This document shows, one piece after another, positions 15,217 through 20,453 of a stretch of 20,453 nucleotides of DNA. The stretch is from contig JBBIOR010000029.1 of assembly GCA_037443265.1 (NCBI GenBank), positions 1 to 20,453 on the forward strand. The letters are read 5' to 3'. The notes beneath the pieces are model-generated. The model saw only the letters and a list, made by a program, of their open reading frames with translations. It was not told where the DNA came from and did no database searches. Positions within the stretch are counted from its first letter, which is position 1; the number at the start of each line of letters is the position of its first letter. This stretch comes from Candidatus Fraserbacteria bacterium (GTDB lineage: Bacteria > Bipolaricaulota > Bipolaricaulia > RBG-16-55-9). The translations under genes were made by a program, and so were the position numbers.

Positions 15217-15849
15217 ATGGTTGAGATGCGTTCCCTCTTCGACGAACCCAAGGACGATCTCAAAGGGCTGAGTTTTCCAGAGGTCGAGAAGCAGGCCCAA
15301 GGCTGCGTGAAGTGCCGCCTCAAAGACAGCCGCACCCACGTCGTCTTTGGCGAAGGCCCCGTGCCCTGCGAGCTCTTGTTCATCGGCGAAGCCCCCGGCG
15401 AAGTGGAAGATCAAACGGGAAGGCCCTTCGTCGGACCCGCCGGCAAGAAGCTCGATGAGATATTAGCTTCTGTTGGACTAGCAAGGGATCAAGTTTATAT
15501 TACGAATACCGTCAAGTGCCGACCCCCCGGCAATCGGCTCCCTCAGAAGGATGAGATGGAGACCTGCTGGCCGTACCTGGAAGCGCAGATTTATCATATC
15601 AAGCCCAAGATCATCATCACCTTGGGCAACGCTCCCACTCAACTGCTCCTAAAGACACAAGAGGGAATCACCGCTTTGCGCGGCAAATTTTTTGCGTGGA
15701 AGAACGGCATCGAGATCTTCCCCATGTTCCATCCCAGCTATCTATTGAGAAATCCCTCCAAGGAGAAGGGCAGCCCCAAATATCTCACGTGGCTGGACAT
15801 CCAGGCCGTGAAGGCGAGGCTCGATGAACTCCGAGGACAAGCACGCTGA
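15217..15849 (+). CDS. Uracil-DNA glycosylase, family 4 (4Fe-4S)
   Basis: CVKC, VFGEG, IGEAPG, GRPFVGPAG, NTVKCRPPGNR, HPSYLLR. Confidence 0.93.
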   Translation: MVEMRSLFDEPKDDLKGLSFPEVEKQAQGCVKCRLKDSRTHVVFGEGPVPCELLFIGEAPGEVEDQTGRPFVGPAGKKLDEILASVGLARDQVYITNTVKCRPPGNRLPQKDEMETCWPYLEAQIYHIKPKIIITLGNAPTQLLLKTQEGITALRGKFFAWKNGIEIFPMFHPSYLLRNPSKEKGSPKYLTWLDIQAVKARLDELRGQAR

Positions 15850-16279
15850 GGTCGAGCACGCGCTCAAGCTTGCTGAGCAACTCCGTCAAGAGAAGCGTTA
15901 CGACGAAGGGGTCGCTCTTCTTACCGACATGCTCAAGCATGGGATCGAGCAGGCCCAGATCTATTATCGACTGGGGAATATCTACTATGATGCCCAGAAG
16001 TACGAGCACGCGGAGCGGGCGTACCGTCGAGCGATTGAGTATGATCCCTTGCACATCAACGCGCATTACAATCTGGGGGTCGTCTATCGCCGGCAGGGGC
16101 GGATCGAGGAATCTCTGAAATTGAGGCGCAAGGCCAACGAGCTGGCTCGCCGCCATCCCGAGCGAATCAAGATCCGTTCTGATCAACTCCAACAAGCTCG
16201 CCGTTTTGCACACTGGATGCTTATTGCCAGCTTTGCCTTGATCGCCGTTTTGGTCCTGCTGATATGGCTGCTCTCTTAG
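15824..16279 (+). CDS. Tetratricopeptide-repeat protein with C-terminal transmembrane anchor
   Basis: YYRLGNIYY...A...Y.RAIE.DP, AHYNLGVVY TPR patterns; hydrophobic C-terminal tail. Confidence 0.82.
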   Translation: MNSEDKHAEVEHALKLAEQLRQEKRYDEGVALLTDMLKHGIEQAQIYYRLGNIYYDAQKYEHAERAYRRAIEYDPLHINAHYNLGVVYRRQGRIEESLKLRRKANELARRHPERIKIRSDQLQQARRFAHWMLIASFALIAVLVLLIWLLS

Positions 16280-16698
16280 TTTTTCAGAGCGGCCGCAATC
16301 AACTGACGCACTTCCTCCAAAGTCCGCTTGGACGGGTTGCGCACGATGGAATGGATTGTGCCTCCGCTGTCGCCGGGGTAGCGCGGCACCACATGGACGT
16401 GCAAGTGCGCAACGACCTGTCCGGCGGCCCTACCATTATTGATCCCAATCGTCGAGGCCGGAGCTCCCATCGCCTTCTGAACGGCCTCTGTCACTTTCCG
16501 CACGGCCTCGAAGATCTTTCCGATTTCGTTGGGGGGCACGTCTTCCAGTCGCTCATAATGCGCCTTGGGGATGACCAGGGTGTGGCCGTCGGCCAGAGGA
16601 TGAATGTCTAGAAAGGCCAAGCTGTAGGCATTCTCATAAACCCTATGAGCTTCTCTCTCGCCGCGCACGATCTGGCAAAAGATGCAATCCGCGCTCAT
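16276..16698 (-). CDS. HIT family nucleotide hydrolase
   Basis: DCIFCQI, AFLDIHP, GHTLVIPK, AGQVVAHLHVHVVPR. Confidence 0.95.
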   Translation of the reverse strand: MSADCIFCQIVRGEREAHRVYENAYSLAFLDIHPLADGHTLVIPKAHYERLEDVPPNEIGKIFEAVRKVTEAVQKAMGAPASTIGINNGRAAGQVVAHLHVHVVPRYPGDSGGTIHSIVRNPSKRTLEEVRQLIAAALKN

Positions 16699-17930
16699 TG
16701 CGGCTTCTCTCCCTCTCCTGCACCGGCGCTCAGCTGGAGCTGGGCGAAGCGATGCTTGCCCACCCTGAGGAGCATTCCGCTTTGGATCTTAACGTCCAGT
16801 TGAGGGGAATCGATCTTCTGCCCATCGAGTTCGACGGCGCCCTGCTCGATGAGCCGGCGTGCCTCACTTCTACTGCTCACCAAGCTCGACGCCTGGAGGA
16901 GATCTACGATCCACATTGTGCCGTCAGGCTTGAGCTGTCTTTGAGTGATGGCGACTTGTACCACATCTTGAGGCCGCTCGCCCCGGCTAAAGACGCGTTC
17001 AAACTCCCCCTCCGCCCTACGGGCAGCTTCCTCACCGTGGTACATCCGCACGAGCTCGTAGGCCAGCCGCTTCTTCTGCTCCATGGGATGGAGCTTTTTC
17101 AGCCAGGCCCAGTCGAGATCCGTAAGCAGCGTCACGTATTTTCCAATGAGACGGTCAGGGATCGACATGAGTTTTCCGAACATCTCGTTGGGTGCTTCTG
17201 TGATCCCGATGTAATTACCATACGACTTGCTCATCTTCTTGACGCCGTCGGTGCCCTCCAGCAGAGGCATAATTAAGGCCACTTGGGGCTCCTGGCCGTA
17301 GCGCTCTTGAATCTCCCGGCCCACGAGCAGATTGAACTTCTGATCCGTGCCCCCTAGCTCGATGTCGGCTTGGACGGCCACCGAGTCGTACGCCTGGGCC
17401 AGCGGATAGAGAAACTCCAGCATCGCGATCGGATGGCCCTCTTTGTAGCGCCGCGCGAAATCAGCGCGCTCCAGCATGCGTGCCACCGTGTACCGCGACG
17501 CCAGCTCCATGATCCCTGGGAAGCTCATGCCCTCTAGCCACTCGGAGTTGTAGCGGAGCTCTGTCTTATCCCGATCGAGAATCTTGAAGACTTGCTCCTG
17601 GTACGTCTTCATATTCTGCTCTATCTGCTCGGCGGAGAGCATGGGGCGCGTGCTCTTTCTCTCGGACGGATCGCCGATGCGAGCTGTAAAGTCCCCTACG
17701 ATCAGCACCGCCGTGTGCCCGAGATCTTGAAAATCTCGAAGTTTACGCAGGACGACAGAGATCCCCAGATGAATATCTGGGGCTGTAGGATCAACCCCGA
17801 GCTTTACTCGCAATGGCTTGCCCTTGAGAAGAGAGCGCTCCAATTTTTCTAATAAATCTGTCTCGGGGATGATCTCCACGGCGCGCCGCTTGATCCGCTC
17901 AAGCGCCTCTTTTGCAAGAGCCTTGCTCAT
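16695..17930 (-). CDS. tyrS: Tyrosine--tRNA ligase
   Basis: [48 protein letters not shown]-terminal S4 domain; ATGA overlaps with both neighbours. Confidence 0.96.
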   Translation of the reverse strand: MSKALAKEALERIKRRAVEIIPETDLLEKLERSLLKGKPLRVKLGVDPTAPDIHLGISVVLRKLRDFQDLGHTAVLIVGDFTARIGDPSERKSTRPMLSAEQIEQNMKTYQEQVFKILDRDKTELRYNSEWLEGMSFPGIMELASRYTVARMLERADFARRYKEGHPIAMLEFLYPLAQAYDSVAVQADIELGGTDQKFNLLVGREIQERYGQEPQVALIMPLLEGTDGVKKMSKSYGNYIGITEAPNEMFGKLMSIPDRLIGKYVTLLTDLDWAWLKKLHPMEQKKRLAYELVRMYHGEEAARRAEGEFERVFSRGERPQDVVQVAITQRQLKPDGTMWIVDLLQASSLVSSRSEARRLIEQGAVELDGQKIDSPQLDVKIQSGMLLRVGKHRFAQLQLSAGAGEGEKPQ

Positions 17931-20380
17931 GGCGTGCGTGCGACTTGCGGCTCCTTCTCCTCTTGCGAGTGGCGCACGATCGAGACAACTTTATCGCCCG
18001 GCTCAAGATCGATCACCCTCACACCCAGCGCGTAGCGGCTCACGATTCGCACGTCGTTTACGGCAATGCGAATGATCTTCCCCTGCTCGGTGGTGATGAG
18101 CACTTCGTCGTCGTCTTTCACTTTCTTGATCGCCACTACTCTGCCAGTCTTCTCACTCACTCTGATGCCGAGGACCCCCTTGCCGCCGCGGTTCTGTAAG
18201 GGGAATTCTTTGAGCGGCGTGCGCTTGCCGAAGCCCTTTTCCGTCACGAGCAGGAGCTTGTCCTCTGGGTCATCCGGCTGCAGCACCGTCATGGCCACGA
18301 CCTGATCTCCGGAGTTCAGCCTCATGCCGATGACGCCCTTAGACGGCCGGCCGGTGAGCCGCGCCTGCTCCTCTGGAAAGCGGATCGTCTGGCCCTCGGC
18401 ACTGGCGAGGATCACTTCGCCCCGGCCCTCGGAGACGATCACATCGACGATCTGATCGCCCGGCTCAGGGTGGATGGCGATGATCCCGTTCACGTGGGCG
18501 TTCAGATAATCGGCCAGCTCGTTACGATTGACGATCCCGCTGCGGGTGGCCATGAGGATAGAGCGTCCGCTCACCTCGGTAGTATCTCTGCCCTCCAGCG
18601 GGATAAGTCCGAGCACCTCCTCCTCCGGCGACATCCCGATGAGGGTGCGCAGATTTTCGCCCTTGGAGTCACGGCGGGCCGAGGGCAGGTGATACGCCTT
18701 GAGCTTGTACGCTTTGTGGGCGCTTGTGAAGATCAGAAGATCATCCCGAGCGTTGCACGTGAAGATCTCTTTGATCGTATCGCCCTCTCGGAGTCTCATG
18801 GCCAGGACGCCCTTGCCGCCTCGCTGCTGCCGTCGAAAGACGTCCTCCGGCGGGGCGTTCACATAGCCCTTCGTAGAGATACCCACGAGCAGCGTAGTAT
18901 CCGGGATGAGCTCCTCCTGGCTCAGATCCATCCCGTCCTCTTCGACGAGGATCTCCGTCCGCCGTTCGTCGGCGTACTTTTCTTTGATCTCTAAAAGCTC
19001 TTTCTGGATGAGGGTATCCAGCCGCTCAGGGCTGCCCAAGATCTCGTTGTACTCCTCGATCTCTTTCTGCCGTTGCTGGTAGTCTTCTTCGATCTTGTCT
19101 CTTTCTAAGCCGGTGAACTGGCGCAGGCGCATCTTGAGGATCGCATCGGCTTGCGTCTGCGAGAGCTCGTAGTCCTTCTGGAGTCTCTTGAGGGCCTCGT
19201 CGGGGTCTTTCGCCTTGCGGATGAGCCCAATGATCTCCTCTTGATATTTGAGCGCCACTCGCAGACCTTCCAGAATGTGAGCCTGCTCTTGAGCGATTCT
19301 CAGACGATGACTGGTCCTGCGGCGGATCACTGCGCGCCGATGGACTAAGAAGGCTCCCAGCATCTCCCTCAGCGAGAGCTTGCGCGGGTTGCCATCGACG
19401 ATGACTAAGAAATTTGCGCCAAAGGTCCACTCGAGCGGCGTGTATTTATAAAGCTTGCTGAGCACCACTTGAGGATTGGCCGTCCGCTTGAGCTCTATGA
19501 CGATGCGCACGCCTTCCCGATCGGACTCATCGCGCAAATCTGAGATCTCTTCGAGCTCGCCCGAGCGGGCTTTGTGGGCAATCGTCTCCACGATGGTCGA
19601 CTTGCGCACCTGATAGGGGATCTCGGTGATGATGATGGCATCTTCTTCAAGGGTGGCGCGGGCGCGCACGCGGATCTTGCCCTCGCCCTCACGATAGGCC
19701 TGCTCGAAGCCCTCGCGTCCCAGAATGAGCCCGCCCGTCGGAAAATCCGGCCCCTGGATGAATCTTCGCAACTCTTCCCAATCGGCCTCGGGATGAGAAA
19801 TTAAATACACGAGCGCATCGATCACTTCACCCAAGTTATGGGGCGGAATTTGGGTGGTCATCCCCACCGAGATGCCCCAGGAGCCGTTGATGATCAGATT
19901 GGGAACTCGGGTCGGCAAGACCGTCGGCTCCTTAAGAGAATCATCGAAATTGGGGACGAAATCGACCGTCTCTTCTTCGATCTCCTTCAGAAATTCTTCG
20001 GCAATGGAAGCGAGACGGGCCTCGGTGTACCGCATAGCGGCCGGCTCATCGCCGTCGAGGCTGCCGAAGTTGCCCTGCCCGTCAATCAGGGGGTATCTAA
20101 ACGAGAAGGGTTGCGCCATGTTGACGAGTGTGTCATAGACGGCCTGATCGCCGTGGGGGTGGTATTTCCCCATGACTTCCCCCACGATACGGGCGCACTT
20201 CTTGTGAGGGCGATTGGAGGCCAGGCCCAGCTGGTGCATGCCATAGAGAATGCGCCTCTGGACGGGCTTTAAGCCATCGCGCACATCCGGGATGGCCCGG
20301 CCTCTGATTACGCTCATCGCGTAATTGATGTAGCTTTCCCGCATCTCGTCTTCGATGTGGGTTCGCTCAATGCGGCTCAT
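17927..20380 (-). CDS. gyrA: DNA gyrase subunit A
   Basis: [36 protein letters not shown] (catalytic Tyr), GyrA-box QQRGGKG, C-terminal pinwheel repeats. Start reassigned to ATG 20380 after SD AAGGAG. Confidence 0.95.
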   Translation of the reverse strand: MSRIERTHIEDEMRESYINYAMSVIRGRAIPDVRDGLKPVQRRILYGMHQLGLASNRPHKKCARIVGEVMGKYHPHGDQAVYDTLVNMAQPFSFRYPLIDGQGNFGSLDGDEPAAMRYTEARLASIAEEFLKEIEEETVDFVPNFDDSLKEPTVLPTRVPNLIINGSWGISVGMTTQIPPHNLGEVIDALVYLISHPEADWEELRRFIQGPDFPTGGLILGREGFEQAYREGEGKIRVRARATLEEDAIIITEIPYQVRKSTIVETIAHKARSGELEEISDLRDESDREGVRIVIELKRTANPQVVLSKLYKYTPLEWTFGANFLVIVDGNPRKLSLREMLGAFLVHRRAVIRRRTSHRLRIAQEQAHILEGLRVALKYQEEIIGLIRKAKDPDEALKRLQKDYELSQTQADAILKMRLRQFTGLERDKIEEDYQQRQKEIEEYNEILGSPERLDTLIQKELLEIKEKYADERRTEILVEEDGMDLSQEELIPDTTLLVGISTKGYVNAPPEDVFRRQQRGGKGVLAMRLREGDTIKEIFTCNARDDLLIFTSAHKAYKLKAYHLPSARRDSKGENLRTLIGMSPEEEVLGLIPLEGRDTTEVSGRSILMATRSGIVNRNELADYLNAHVNGIIAIHPEPGDQIVDVIVSEGRGEVILASAEGQTIRFPEEQARLTGRPSKGVIGMRLNSGDQVVAMTVLQPDDPEDKLLLVTEKGFGKRTPLKEFPLQNRGGKGVLGIRVSEKTGRVVAIKKVKDDDEVLITTEQGKIIRIAVNDVRIVSRYALGVRVIDLEPGDKVVSIVRHSQEEKEPQVARTP

Positions 20381-20453
20381 AAACCACGCTCCTTGGGGTA
20401 AGAGTCTCGGCGAGCCAGAGTTGCTCAGCCGCACCGCTAGCCCCATGATACGA

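Noticed and set aside
20381..20453. Possible 3' end of an upstream minus-strand gene (e.g. gyrB) at the window edge
   Set aside because: Too short to assign, and no frame matches a typical GyrB C-terminus.

Overview
GC-rich bacterial chromosomal window with no mobile elements or CRISPR array. It is mostly housekeeping genes, and several sigma70-type promoters and Shine-Dalgarno (SD) sites are easy to read. Left to right: a fused small+large-subunit LeuD-LeuC/homoaconitase-family dehydratase and a beta-decarboxylating dehydrogenase; a NYN (LabA/DUF88) protein followed by an unannotated 34-aa very acidic ORF with a near-perfect SD; a ~250-nt highly self-complementary intergenic element with its own minus-strand promoter (candidate ncRNA); and a lone 2-oxoacid dehydrogenase E1-alpha. 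Next is a minus-strand, TPP-riboswitch-led 7-gene operon: ThiZXY-like ABC transporter, SAM methyltransferase, PurM/HypE-fold ATP enzyme, ThiE-like protein with altered catalytic motifs, and Trm112. The rest is a membrane-anchored hypothetical protein, glmS, a DUF151 bifunctional nuclease, pgk, tRNA-Gly(CCC), family-4 UDG, a TPR protein, HIT, tyrS and gyrA. The best candidates for undescribed biology are the thiamine-regulated MTase/PurM-like/ThiE-like/Trm112 module and the NYN + acidic peptide + structured RNA locus. All calls come from reading motifs by eye; no database searches were run.
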